Position numbers and translations under genes: made by a program. A DNA stretch of 63,873 nt, the filler included. It is 10 parts of 10 records of this genome, joined end to end, with 100 filler letters (N's around TTAATTAATTAA, not from the genome) between each part and the next. Parts side by side here need not be neighbours in the genome. Positions count along the whole stretch, not along the records: positions 25,981 to 32,648 come from SRR20825010_4675; positions 32,749 to 37,098 come from SRR20825010_4676; positions 37,199 to 45,521 come from SRR20825010_4677; 7 more parts are not named here. The stretch is one strand, 5' to 3'. Below the pieces are notes generated by a model, which was given only the letters and a program-made list of their open reading frames with translations, was not told the DNA's origin and searched no databases. Of this stretch, positions 27,220 through 37,247 are shown in pieces. Position 1 is the stretch's first letter. Each line of letters starts with the position of its first letter.

Positions 27220-28778
27220 TTTGTCGTCCCCCGGCTTACGCCATCCTCGTCCAGATCATCAACCCCGTCAGGACCCGGATCATCGGGCAAGGCCACTGGA
27301 TATTCAATGGTCTCCGCCGCTTCCTCTTCGGCGGCAACACGCTTCAGCGTATCGGCAGGTGCTTCGTCGGGCAGGTCTTCCACAGGCACAGGTGCGGGCA
27401 CGACAGCCACAACATCATCTTCTGTTTCGTAAGACGGTTCGGGTGCTGCCAGCCGCATGCCCGGCACGCGCCATTCCAGCGCGTCGAATTCACCCGTCAC
27501 AGGATTGATCGGCGACCATGTGTAGGAGCGATAGCCCTCGCCCGTCCATGCAGGATCTTCGGGTGCATGCAGCGCACGCGCCAGCCATTCGCGCGCCGAA
27601 CCACGATTGCCGAACTCGCCTTCTTCGATTTCCGCCATCAGCTCGCAGACGCGCTGCGTGGGCCGCTCGACAGCCGCCTCGCCGACAAACACTTCCAACG
27701 CACCGCGCGCCGCCAGCCAGTCCCGCGCGCCGATTGCAGCACGTGCCAGCGCCACACGGCTTTCCACATGATCACGATTGCGACCGGACAGAAGCTGAAA
27801 CCGCTTGAAGCGGTCATAGCCGCTCTCGCCTTGCACCAGCCCCATATAGGCATCGGCAAGTTCGGGATGGGGCGCTTCGGCCCATGCTGTCTCGACAAGC
27901 TTTGCACCTTTACGCACATGGCCCGTCGCGCCCGAAAGACGCGCGGCCAGTGCCACGGCAGGCACGAAATACGGATCAAGCGCCACAGCCTGCATCGCCT
28001 GACGCAAGGCATGTGCATCGGCGCTCTTGCGCGCTTCACCGCTCAGTTGCGCGGCGTCCTGTGCTTCAGCCAGCGCCTGCGCGGTCAGCAGCACTGTGCG
28101 GCGACGACGCGCATCATTGCGGCTCACCTGCTTGGCTTTCAGACTGTCATCCAGTGTGCGCAAGGCCGCACCCCAGTCACTCTGCGCCGCTTCGATTTCG
28201 AACACGGCTTGCGCCGCCCAGCTTGCATTGGGGCGCAGACGGAACGCACGGCGTGCGTAATCCAGCGCCTTTTCGCGGTCGCCCGCGCGACGCGCCTGCA
28301 CGAATAATCCGCGCAATCCCAGAAAGGCTGTTTCCGGTGACGCCAGCATCGCCTCGAAATGTCCGCGCGCTTCGTCCTCATGCCCTTCCAGCTGCGCAGC
28401 CTGTGCGGCCAGCAGCATGGTCAGCGGTGTCTCGTCGAGAAGCTTGCGGGCGCGGCCTGCATAGCGTTTGGCATCCGCCGCATCGCCAGCGGCAACCGCC
28501 ACCATGCCGCGCGACAATGCCAGAAACCCGCGCTTGCTCCGCCGCACATCGAGATAATGCGAAACACTGGCCGGCGTGCGCACCACGCCGCTTGCCATGC
28601 GCCACACCAGCAACACGATAGCCGCCAGCACGACAAGCATGCCGAGCCCCACGACAAAACTCGTGCGCATCTCATAGCCGCGCCAATGCAGCACCAGATC
28701 GCCGGGATTATCAGCAAGCCAGACGCCAAGCGCGGCCAGCACCGCCATGATCGCAAATGTGTAAAGCGCGCGCAGCAT
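27213..28778 (-). CDS. hemY: HemY-domain TPR membrane protein
   Basis: WLADNPG N-terminus, LLAAQAAQ, FLGLRGL, PHPELA, DPAW...WSPINPVTG; position after hemC-hemD-COG4223. Confidence 0.88.
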   Translation of the reverse strand: MLRALYTFAIMAVLAALGVWLADNPGDLVLHWRGYEMRTSFVVGLGMLVVLAAIVLLVWRMASGVVRTPASVSHYLDVRRSKRGFLALSRGMVAVAAGDAADAKRYAGRARKLLDETPLTMLLAAQAAQLEGHEDEARGHFEAMLASPETAFLGLRGLFVQARRAGDREKALDYARRAFRLRPNASWAAQAVFEIEAAQSDWGAALRTLDDSLKAKQVSRNDARRRRTVLLTAQALAEAQDAAQLSGEARKSADAHALRQAMQAVALDPYFVPAVALAARLSGATGHVRKGAKLVETAWAEAPHPELADAYMGLVQGESGYDRFKRFQLLSGRNRDHVESRVALARAAIGARDWLAARGALEVFVGEAAVERPTQRVCELMAEIEEGEFGNRGSAREWLARALHAPEDPAWTGEGYRSYTWSPINPVTGEFDALEWRVPGMRLAAPEPSYETEDDVVAVVPAPVPVEDLPDEAPADTLKRVAAEEEAAETIEYPVALPDDPGPDGVDDLDEDGVSRGTTKW

Positions 28779-30007
28779 CAGTTATTGGCTCCCGCGGCAA
28801 GACGCTTGGTCACATTGGCCGTCAGTCCGGCCAGAAGATCGTCAGTTGTCACACGGGCAGTCACTTGTGCGAGCCATGGCGCTGCGGCCTCAGCCGCCGG
28901 TCCTTGCAGAGCTTTGCCCTCGGCCAGTGCCGCCGAAAGATCACCGCGCTTCACGCGCTCTTCCATCCGCGCCAAAACAGCGTCTGTGTCTTCACCGACA
29001 ATTTCGCCGGTGCGGCGCAGCGTCACCATCTTGCGGGCGTTGGATAAAAACCGCTGCCACAGACTGTCATCGCGTGCGGCGCGTTCGGCATCCATCACAT
29101 CGCGCACCACTTGCGGAAATTGCGCTTCCAAAGTGCTTGCCGTCGGCACGCCGTCGGCTGCCACTGTTTTCAATTCGGCAAGCTCGGCTTCTTCAGGCAG
29201 AAATTGCGCCACCACATCAAGCTCGCGGGCAAAAGGTTCAGCCTTGGTTGCCGCGCGCGACAGGTTCGACAGCGCCAGCCCCAGCGCGGCACGTGCCGCC
29301 GCATCGGGGTCATCCTTCTTGGCTTCTAGTGCGGCCACCCGCGTATCAAGTGCAGTGAGGCGCGGTGCCAAAGTCTCGACACCCGTGTTCAGCACTTTGA
29401 CCAGCGTTTCCAGCCGCTCGATCTGTTCCACAATATCGGCAGGCGGCATGGCCGCGGCCAATTCTTCAATCCGCTTGGCGCTTTGCCCAGCCTGCGTTCC
29501 CGCATCAGCCAATGTCGATTTCAGCTTCGCCGCTTCGCTTTCCAGCGCGTCGATCCTTGCACCCAGCACAGACGCGCTATCGGCGCTTGCGGTGGCACTT
29601 GCCAGATCAGCCTGCATCGCAGCCAGCGCATCGGCGCGGGCAGCATCATTCGTCTCGACTTCAGCCACACGCAACCGGATCGTCTCCAGCGCCAACTGGT
29701 CGCGGTCGCCCTTGTTGATGTAACCACCGGCATAAAGCCCGCCGCCCACCGCGATCGCGCCGGCAAGGCCAGCCATCAGCGCAACGCCGTAAAGCCCCGC
29801 GCCCCCACCGACCGATCCGCCCGCCTTGGGCGCAGCGTCAGGTTTTGCATCCTTGGATTTCGTGTCGCTTTCCGGCTCTGCCTTGGCGTCGATCACCGGC
29901 GGCTCCTGACGCGAAGATTTGGCAGATGGGCCATTGCGTTCGGGTTGCAAAAGCTCAGCCTCGGGTGTCGTGGCAGTATTTTCGCTTTTGTCATTGGGAT
30001 CGCTCAT
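28778..30007 (-). CDS. COG4223 mitofilin (Mic60)-like inner membrane protein
   Basis: Single TM, long coiled coil, C-terminal PFAREL...GVPT...LARME..V.RGDL.AA; canonical position between hemD and hemY. Confidence 0.8.
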   Translation of the reverse strand: MSDPNDKSENTATTPEAELLQPERNGPSAKSSRQEPPVIDAKAEPESDTKSKDAKPDAAPKAGGSVGGGAGLYGVALMAGLAGAIAVGGGLYAGGYINKGDRDQLALETIRLRVAEVETNDAARADALAAMQADLASATASADSASVLGARIDALESEAAKLKSTLADAGTQAGQSAKRIEELAAAMPPADIVEQIERLETLVKVLNTGVETLAPRLTALDTRVAALEAKKDDPDAAARAALGLALSNLSRAATKAEPFARELDVVAQFLPEEAELAELKTVAADGVPTASTLEAQFPQVVRDVMDAERAARDDSLWQRFLSNARKMVTLRRTGEIVGEDTDAVLARMEERVKRGDLSAALAEGKALQGPAAEAAAPWLAQVTARVTTDDLLAGLTANVTKRLAAGANN

Positions 30008-30165
30008 GATCTATCCGTCTCTCGCATCACGTTCCGGCCCTGTCCCGCACCCAAAAAGGGCAGCTTCGCGACCATTCGCCCTCACTATAGAGGCGTTCGT
30101 GGCGGGACAAAGGCACAAGCCGCGTTTTTCTTGCCCAAAACACTAGCACGCATCGCAGCAGACAC

Positions 30166-30891
30166 TTACCCCCGCCCGATCAGGGCCAGCATATCGTCCT
30201 GTGTCGGCAGTCTCGCGACATGAATAGCGGCAAATGGCAGTCCGGCGAGCTTATCTGCCACCGCATCGGACAGACAAAACGCCTGCACCGCCCCCAAAGC
30301 GGCCTCATATCCCGCCTCACGCACCAGCCGCACAAAAGTCTCTGCCGTGCGTGGCGAATAAAGCAGCACCCCGTCTGCCTCATCCGCGCCCAGCGCCGCT
30401 TGCGCCGCTTCGGGCAGACCATCAGGCACAATCGCCTCGTAAAGCACCGCCCGCTCCACCGAAAAGCCTTCAGCCTCCAGCGCCCCTTTCAGGTCGCCCG
30501 CCACCACGCTGCCCGCCACATGCAGCAAGGGTCCGGCGGCATGGTCAAGCCTCTCGCGCACCAAAGCAGCCAGCGAGACAACATCGCCACCGGCTTCCCC
30601 GACACTGCGAAAGCCCGCCTCACGTGCCGCCTCGGCACTCGCCGAACCGACCGCCAGCACAGGCAAATCGCGCGGCAAAGGACGCGCCCGCCGGTTTTCA
30701 TGCGCCAGCAAGGCGCGAACACCATTGGCACTCGTCACCAGCAGTGCCTGCCACGCAAGATCGGGCAGCGCGATATTCTCTAAAAAACGGATATCCAGCA
30801 GCGGCGCTGCAATCACTTCATGACCCAGGCTTTCAAGCGCTGTTGCCAGCGCCGCCTGATCCTCCAGCGGTCGTGTCACAATCAACCGCAT
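30166..30891 (-). CDS. hemD: Uroporphyrinogen-III synthase
   Basis: LIVTRP, TSANGV, AVG..SA, LYSPRTA. Confidence 0.9.
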   Translation of the reverse strand: MRLIVTRPLEDQAALATALESLGHEVIAAPLLDIRFLENIALPDLAWQALLVTSANGVRALLAHENRRARPLPRDLPVLAVGSASAEAAREAGFRSVGEAGGDVVSLAALVRERLDHAAGPLLHVAGSVVAGDLKGALEAEGFSVERAVLYEAIVPDGLPEAAQAALGADEADGVLLYSPRTAETFVRLVREAGYEAALGAVQAFCLSDAVADKLAGLPFAAIHVARLPTQDDMLALIGRG

Positions 30892-30898
30892 GGCCTTG

Positions 30899-31825
30899 TC
30901 AGCTTTCGGTGAAAAATTGCGGACCCGCACGCGACTTCAATTCCTCGCCTGCATCAATGCCCATGGCTATTGCATCTTTTGCCAGCCCGTCGCGCGATGT
31001 CTCCAGCACTTCCTTGCCATCCGGCGTCAGGATCATGCCACGTAGATTCATCCGCTTGCCGGAAATTTCCGCCAGCGCCGCAATCGGTGTGCGGCACGAA
31101 CCATCCAGCACTTTCAGCATGGCGCGCTCGGCATCGATCCGCAGCCCGCTTTCGGCGTGATGGAATGTTGCGAGAAGCCTTGCCGCTTCCTCGTCGCCCG
31201 CGCGCCGCTCCACACCGATCGCACCTTGCGCAACGGCAGGCAGCATTTCATCGGGTGACAATGGGGCCGTCGCCTCGGCAATCAGATCAAGCCGCGTCAG
31301 CCCGGCCATGGCGAGCATGGTCGCATCGGCCACACCATCGGCAAGCTTCTTCAGCCGCGTCTGCACATTGCCGCGAAAGGGCACAATCGTCACATCGGGT
31401 CGCTTGGCCAGAACCTGCGCCCCGCGCCGCAGCGACGAGGTGCCCACAATTGCATTTTTCGGCAACTCGGCCAGCGACGCACCTTTGGTGGACAAAAATG
31501 CGTCCCGCGGGTCTTCGCGTTCCAGAATGCAGTCGATCAGCAACCCGTCAGGCAGCACGGTCGGCATGTCCTTCATCGAATGGACCGCCAGATCAATCCC
31601 GCCATTATGCAAAGCCTCTTCAAGCTCGGCGGTAAAAAGCCCCTTGCCACCGATTTCCGACAAGTTGCGATCCAGCACAATATCGCCCTGCGTCTTGAAA
31701 ATGACGATCTCGGTCACATCTTCCACAGGCGCCCCCAGCGCCTTAGCCAGTTCGGCTGCCACCATATGGGCTTGAACAAGGGCGAGTTTGGAACCGCGTG
31801 TGCCGATGCGGAAGCGACGTTGCAT
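30899..31825 (-). CDS. hemC: Hydroxymethylbilane synthase
   Basis: IGTRGSKLAL, GGKGLFT, AVHSMKD, GTSSLRR, RGNVQTR, LDGSCRTPIA. Confidence 0.97.
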   Translation of the reverse strand: MQRRFRIGTRGSKLALVQAHMVAAELAKALGAPVEDVTEIVIFKTQGDIVLDRNLSEIGGKGLFTAELEEALHNGGIDLAVHSMKDMPTVLPDGLLIDCILEREDPRDAFLSTKGASLAELPKNAIVGTSSLRRGAQVLAKRPDVTIVPFRGNVQTRLKKLADGVADATMLAMAGLTRLDLIAEATAPLSPDEMLPAVAQGAIGVERRAGDEEAARLLATFHHAESGLRIDAERAMLKVLDGSCRTPIAALAEISGKRMNLRGMILTPDGKEVLETSRDGLAKDAIAMGIDAGEELKSRAGPQFFTES

Positions 31826-31962
31826 GGGGCGTCTCTCAGGTGTAAGGCGAAGCAAAATAAGGCTATGAATGGGTCTTATAGACCATTGAGCCCGCCAGCG
31901 AACCCCCTGCCACGCGCCTGTGACACTTCAAGCAGCCGCCCCAACCGAGTTTCAGATCGCCC

Positions 31963-32648
31963 GTGTCCACCAGCCTCACCATTCTCGGCATCGAAACCAG
32001 CTGCGACGAAACCGCGGCCGCCGTTGTGCGCCGCCATGTCGATGATGCAGGCGCAATACGTGGCGAGATTCTCTCCAACGCCGTCTTCTCCCAGATTGCC
32101 GATCACGCGCCTTTCGGCGGCGTTGTGCCCGAAATCGCCGCCCGCGCCCATGTCGAGCATCTCGACGGGCTGATCGCCCGCGCCATGCTGGAAGCAAATG
32201 TCGCTTGGGAGGATCTCGATGCCATTGCCGCCACAGCCGGACCGGGCCTCATCGGCGGCGTGATCGTGGGCCTGATGACCGCCAAAGGTCTCGCCATGGC
32301 GCGGGGCCTGCCCCTTGTCGCCGTCAATCATCTGGAAGGCCACGCGCTCACCGCAAGGCTCACCGACAATGTGACCTTCCCCTATCTGCTGCTCCTCGTC
32401 TCGGGCGGCCACAGCCAGTTGCTCACCGTCGAGGGGGTCGGACGCTATCGCCGCCTTGGCACCACCATTGACGATGCCGTGGGTGAGGCTTTCGACAAGA
32501 CCGCAAAATTGCTGGGACTAGGCTATCCCGGCGGCCCCGCCGTCGAGGCTATGGCCAGACAAGGCGACCCCGCCCGCTTCACGCTGCCCCGCCCCCTCAT
32601 GGGCAAAGCCGGTTGTGACTTTTCTTTCTCCGGCCTCAAAACCGCCGT
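31963..32648 (+). CDS. tsaD: tRNA threonylcarbamoyltransferase TsaD (3' truncated)
   Basis: [42 protein letters not shown]. Confidence 0.96.
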
Positions 32649-32748
32649 NNNNNNNNNNNNNNNNNNNNNNNNNNNNNNNNNNNNNNNNNNNNTTAATTAA
32701 TTAANNNNNNNNNNNNNNNNNNNNNNNNNNNNNNNNNNNNNNNNNNNN

Positions 32749-34357
32749 AATAAGAGGGGTTAAGGACCATCATCGCGCCGACAAACAGCCCCAGCAAGGC
32801 CAGCGGAACGAGCAGGATGCGCAGGCTCCAGTGCAGGCGCGCACGCAGCCAGTTGCCCGCCCGGTGGACATTGCGCGAAAACCGCCCCGACACGCCGCCC
32901 ATGACCGGCAGATAGATCAATGCCACCACCAGCGACGCCAGCAGGACAAAGATCAGTGTGACCGGCAACATCCCCATGAATTCACCCGCGACGCCGGGCC
33001 AGAACAGCATCGGCAAAAAGGCACAAAGCGTGGTCGCTGTCGACGAGACCACCGGCCAGAACATCCGGTGGGCCGCCTCGACATAGGCATGCATTGGGCC
33101 GGTGCCTTCTGAGATGCGTTTGTCCGCGTATTCGACCACCACAACAGCACTGTCGACCAGCATGCCCACCGCTAGAATGAGGCCGAACATCACGATGTTG
33201 GAAATCGTCACGCCCATCAGCGCCAACAACACGAAACACAGCATGAAGCTGGTCGGAATGGCAAAGCCCACCAACAGGGCAGGGCGCAGACCAAGTGAGG
33301 CAAGTACAACGATCATCACCAGTGCAATGGCGGTCAGAACCGATCCCTCCAGCTGGCCCACCATGCTGGCGACCTGTCGGCTTTGGTCGTTGGAGGTTCC
33401 CACGTCCAGCACGGCGCGCAACTCTGGCGGCCAGTTTTCCTGCGCCGTATCGATCACCTCTTGCACTTGCGTCACGGTGTCGATGATGTTGAAGCCCTTC
33501 CGCTTGACCACCTGCAACGCAACCGTCTGGTCGCCATTGAACCGCGCGGTGCCCTTGCGGTCCTCAAAGGTCAGGTTGATCGTGGCAAGCTCGCCCAGGG
33601 TGACCACCCGGTCGCCGTTGACCTTGACCGGCAGATCATAAACGTCGCGCGGCTCGTCAAAGCTGGACGGGATTTTGACTGAAAAGGTGCCGTTGTCCGT
33701 CTCGACCTCGCCTGCCGCAATCAACTGGTTGTTGTTCTGAACCACGCGGATCAGCTCATCGGCGGTGACGTTGTAGCTTTCCAGCCGCAGCGGGTCGATC
33801 ACCACCTCCAGCATTTCGTCGCGGCTGCCGGCAATACCGGCCTCCAGCACGGAATCCAGCCCCTCGACGCGGTCTTGCAGGTCTTTGGCCACCTGGGTCA
33901 GCGTGCGTTCTGGCACTGGACCAGACAGGTTGACGATCAGGATCGGGAATTCGGAAAAGTTGATTTCGTTGATCGAGTATTTCTCGGCCCCGACGGGAAA
34001 GCTCCCCTCGGCGTTGTTCATCCCGTCGCGGACGTCGGCGATGATCTTTGTCTTGTCCCAACCAAATTCGAACTCCAGCGCCAGTCCGGCATACCCTTCG
34101 GCTGCCGTGGCGGTCATGGCCTTCAACCCGTCAAGATCGGACAGCTCCGTTTCCATCGGTTTGACCAACAGCTTTTCCGCGTCCGTGGCGGAAATGCCGG
34201 GAAAGGGAACCGAGACGAACAGCGCCGGGATCTCGATGTCGGGCTCGCCTTCCTTGGGCAAGGACAGATAGGCGTATGTCCCTGCCACAAGACCCAGAAT
34301 GATAAAGGCGATGATCATTCGGGCGCGTTCTGCGGCCCAGTCGATGATGCCGGTCAT
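32749..34357 (-). CDS. RND efflux transporter permease subunit (3' truncated)
   Basis: LPKEGEPDIEIP, PMETEL, GMLVDSAVVVVE, STATTLCAFLP, AcrB-like topology. Confidence 0.92.
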
Positions 34358-37071
34358 TGCAGCACGTCCTCATAGCTTGGGACGACGCGCACGCCATTGG
34401 TGACGTATTCCTGACCCACGGTGATCACGTTGATTTCGTCCGGCAGCCCGGTGATCCAGACGCCCTCGCGGGTGTCACGCAGGATAGAGATGTCCATCCA
34501 CTGGACGCTGTCATCCGCCGTCACGGTTCGCACCCCCAGCTTGCCCTCATCGTTCAGGGTCAGCGTGGATTGCGCCAGAAGGTGCGCCTTTGCCCCCTCT
34601 GCCTCGATGGCGATTTCGGCGGTTTCACCGTCGCGGATTGACAGATCGGCATTTTCTACCAACAGCTCGACAGCAAAGGTGCGGGTCGTGGGATCGGCAC
34701 TGCGTGAGACAAAACTGACCTTGCCCTCGACTGTCCGTCCGTTAGTCAGACGCGCGCCCGCCAGAGCGCCCGGCTTGACGCGGGCAACGGTGGTTTCGGG
34801 AACGTAGCCCACAAACTTCATTGGGTTGATCTGGATGACCGTGGCACAGGCCGACCCCGGCTGCATCAGCGCGCCCAGTTCCGCCGTGTCGGTTTCCAGC
34901 AACCCGGCAAAGGGCGCGTGGATCTTGAGACGCTCGATTTCCTTGCGCGCGGCGGCGACACCGGCCTCGGCGGACTGTATCGCGGCCAGCGCGCTTTCGC
35001 CGCCAGTTCGGGCGGATTGCACACCTGCCTCGGCCCCCTCGAGTTGCGACTTGGCAGCGATCACCGCAGCCTTTGCCCCCTCAACCCCCGACAAGGCCGA
35101 GGATACAGCGGCCTTTGCACCCTGAAGCTGGCTCTCGGCGGTCTGGATGCCGGCAAGCGCGTTCTGGATCTGGCTTTCGGCGGCCTGAACCCCGGCTTTG
35201 GCGGTTTCGATCTGGCTGCGCGCAGTAGTGACTCCGGCCTCTGCGTTGCGGATCTGGGTTTGCGCCGATTGGATCTGCGCCTTGGCCGAAACGATCTGCC
35301 CGCGCGCGGTTTGGACCCCGGCAGTGGCATTTCGGATCTGGCTCTTGGCGGACTGAATGGCGGCACGCGCAGTCTCCAGCTGGCTAGTGCCGGTTTTCAC
35401 CCCTGCCAAGGCGTTCTGGATCTGGCTTTCGGCGGCCTTGATTCCGGCCTTGGCCGTCTGGACCTGACTGCGCGCGGCCTGAACCCCGGCGCGGGCGTTG
35501 ACGATCTGCGCCTCGGCCGTCTGGATGCCGGCCTTGGCGTTTTCGATTTGAGTCTTGGCCGATTGCACGCCGGCCTTGGCGTTGTTGATCTGGCTTTCGG
35601 CAGAGCGGATCGCCGCAAGTGCCGTCTGCACTGCGCCGCGCGCGGCCTCGACCCCGGCGCGCGCGCCTTCAAGTTGAGATTTCGCCGCCTCGATTGCGGT
35701 GGCCGCTGTCTTGAGGCCCGCCAATGCAGTTTGTTCCTGCGCCTTGGCCGACTCAAAGGCCGCCTGCGAACCCGCCAGACGCGTCTGGGCGGCAAAGCCG
35801 TCGCGGGCCAGTTCCTCAGAGGCGCGCAGGGTGATTTCGGCCTCGTTGATGCGGGCGCGGGCCTCTGTCAGACGGGCCTCGGACGCGGGCACCTGTGCCA
35901 AGGCCTCTGCCAGACGCGCCTCGGCGGCGGGCACCTGTGCCAGCGCCTCCTTGAGGCGGGCCTCGGAGGCGGGCAGTTGCGCCTTGGCTTCTGCCAGTCG
36001 GGCCTGTGCCTCGGGGACGCGACTTTCCGCCTCTTCCAGACGGGCAGCGGCCTCGGGAACGCGCGCCTTGGCTTCTGCCAGCCGCGCTTCGGCTTCTGGA
36101 ACGCGGGACAGTGCCTCTTCAAGGCGGGCTTCGGCCTCAGGCAACTTGGCTTTGGCCTCTGCCAGACGCGCCTCGGATTCAGGGACACGGGCGCGCGCCT
36201 CTGCCAGCCGCGCCTCGGCGGCGGGCACACCCGCCTCTGCCTCTGCCAGCCGCGCTTCGGCCTCGGGGACACGGGCCAGCGCCTCTTGCAGGCGAGCCTC
36301 GGATTCGGGCAGCTTGGCTTCGGCCTCGGCGATGCGCGCCTCGGCCTCGGGGATGCGGGCCAACGCTTCCTCAAGGCGGGCTTGCGCCTCGGGGACTTTG
36401 GCCTTGGCCTCGGCCAGACGGGCCTCGGATTCGGGGATTCGTGCCTTGGCCTCGATCAGGCGCGCTTCGGCGGCGGGAACACCGGCGCGGGCCTCAGCCA
36501 GCTGCGCCTCGGCGGCGGGCACAGCGGCTTCTGCCTCAAGGATGCGGGCCTTGGCGGCGGGCACCTGCGCCTTGGCTTCGGCCAGCCGGGCGTTCGCTTC
36601 GGGGAGGCGGGCATTTGCCTCGGCCAATCGGGCCATCGCCTCTTGCAAGGACACATCGCGGGTGCCGGGGTCAATCTCGCACAGCAATTGACCTGCTTCG
36701 ACCAGCGCGCCTTTGCGCAGCGGCTCCGACACGATCTTGCCGTTGGTTTCGGCGCGGACCTCGACCTGGCGGACGGCTTCTGTCTCACCGCGCAGGATAA
36801 CGGCACTGTCGACCACCTGCGCGGTCGAGTGGCGCGCCATCACCCGGACCGCCCCTAGCAGGAGGGCACTATCTTCGGCACTCTCTGGCACTGGGGACGG
36901 GGCTGGGACGGGATCGGAGGTTGCAGGGTTTGGGTCTGCGGCACCCGGCTCACCTGCCAGTGCGGCTGGCGCAACCGCGCGGGCGAACCCGATCAGCCGG
37001 TCCCTCTCCAACACGACGGCATACAGCACCGCAGCAACGACGCAGGCCGTCAGGATCGACATGATGCGCAT
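34354..37071 (-). CDS. RND periplasmic adaptor (membrane fusion protein) with a giant repeat-expanded alpha-hairpin
   Basis: N-terminal TM; lipoyl halves VRAETNG..KGALVEAGQLLCEID and IHAPFAG; beta-barrel GKVSFVSRSADPTTRTF; about 570 aa of heptad repeats between the lipoyl halves; ATGA overlap with the permease. Confidence 0.9.
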   Translation of the reverse strand: MRIMSILTACVVAAVLYAVVLERDRLIGFARAVAPAALAGEPGAADPNPATSDPVPAPSPVPESAEDSALLLGAVRVMARHSTAQVVDSAVILRGETEAVRQVEVRAETNGKIVSEPLRKGALVEAGQLLCEIDPGTRDVSLQEAMARLAEANARLPEANARLAEAKAQVPAAKARILEAEAAVPAAEAQLAEARAGVPAAEARLIEAKARIPESEARLAEAKAKVPEAQARLEEALARIPEAEARIAEAEAKLPESEARLQEALARVPEAEARLAEAEAGVPAAEARLAEARARVPESEARLAEAKAKLPEAEARLEEALSRVPEAEARLAEAKARVPEAAARLEEAESRVPEAQARLAEAKAQLPASEARLKEALAQVPAAEARLAEALAQVPASEARLTEARARINEAEITLRASEELARDGFAAQTRLAGSQAAFESAKAQEQTALAGLKTAATAIEAAKSQLEGARAGVEAARGAVQTALAAIRSAESQINNAKAGVQSAKTQIENAKAGIQTAEAQIVNARAGVQAARSQVQTAKAGIKAAESQIQNALAGVKTGTSQLETARAAIQSAKSQIRNATAGVQTARGQIVSAKAQIQSAQTQIRNAEAGVTTARSQIETAKAGVQAAESQIQNALAGIQTAESQLQGAKAAVSSALSGVEGAKAAVIAAKSQLEGAEAGVQSARTGGESALAAIQSAEAGVAAARKEIERLKIHAPFAGLLETDTAELGALMQPGSACATVIQINPMKFVGYVPETTVARVKPGALAGARLTNGRTVEGKVSFVSRSADPTTRTFAVELLVENADLSIRDGETAEIAIEAEGAKAHLLAQSTLTLNDEGKLGVRTVTADDSVQWMDISILRDTREGVWITGLPDEINVITVGQEYVTNGVRVVPSYEDVLQ
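34945..35721 (-). repeat. Descending-arm coding repeats: 17 x 14 aa plus 3 heptads (consensus AGVQxAxSQIxNAK)
   Basis: Counted from the translation, aa 451-709. Confidence 0.85.
35848..36603 (-). repeat. Ascending-arm coding repeats: 18 x 14 aa (42 nt; consensus PEAEARLAEAKARV)
   Basis: Counted from the translation, aa 157-408, with a Pro every 14 residues. Confidence 0.92.
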
Positions 37072-37247
37072 TTTCTTGGTCCCCCCGATCCGCGAGGCNN
37101 NNNNNNNNNNNNNNNNNNNNNNNNNNNNNNNNNNNNNNNNNNTTAATTAATTAANNNNNNNNNNNNNNNNNNNNNNNNNNNNNNNNNNNNNNNNNNNNGC
37201 AGTGGAAGATCATCATGGAGATGGCGGATACGCCGCTCTGAGGCCGG

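Noticed and set aside
35848-36603. 42-nt periodic repeats as a possible CRISPR array or assembly artefact
   Set aside because: No constant repeat with unique spacers and no cas genes. Units are in-frame and diverged at synonymous and non-synonymous sites, as expected for an old coding repeat.
34918-36858. Long plus-strand ORFs (646, 330 and 264 aa) over the adaptor gene
   Set aside because: Antisense shadows of a GC-rich Ala/Glu/Arg repeat gene; low complexity with no independent domain signal.
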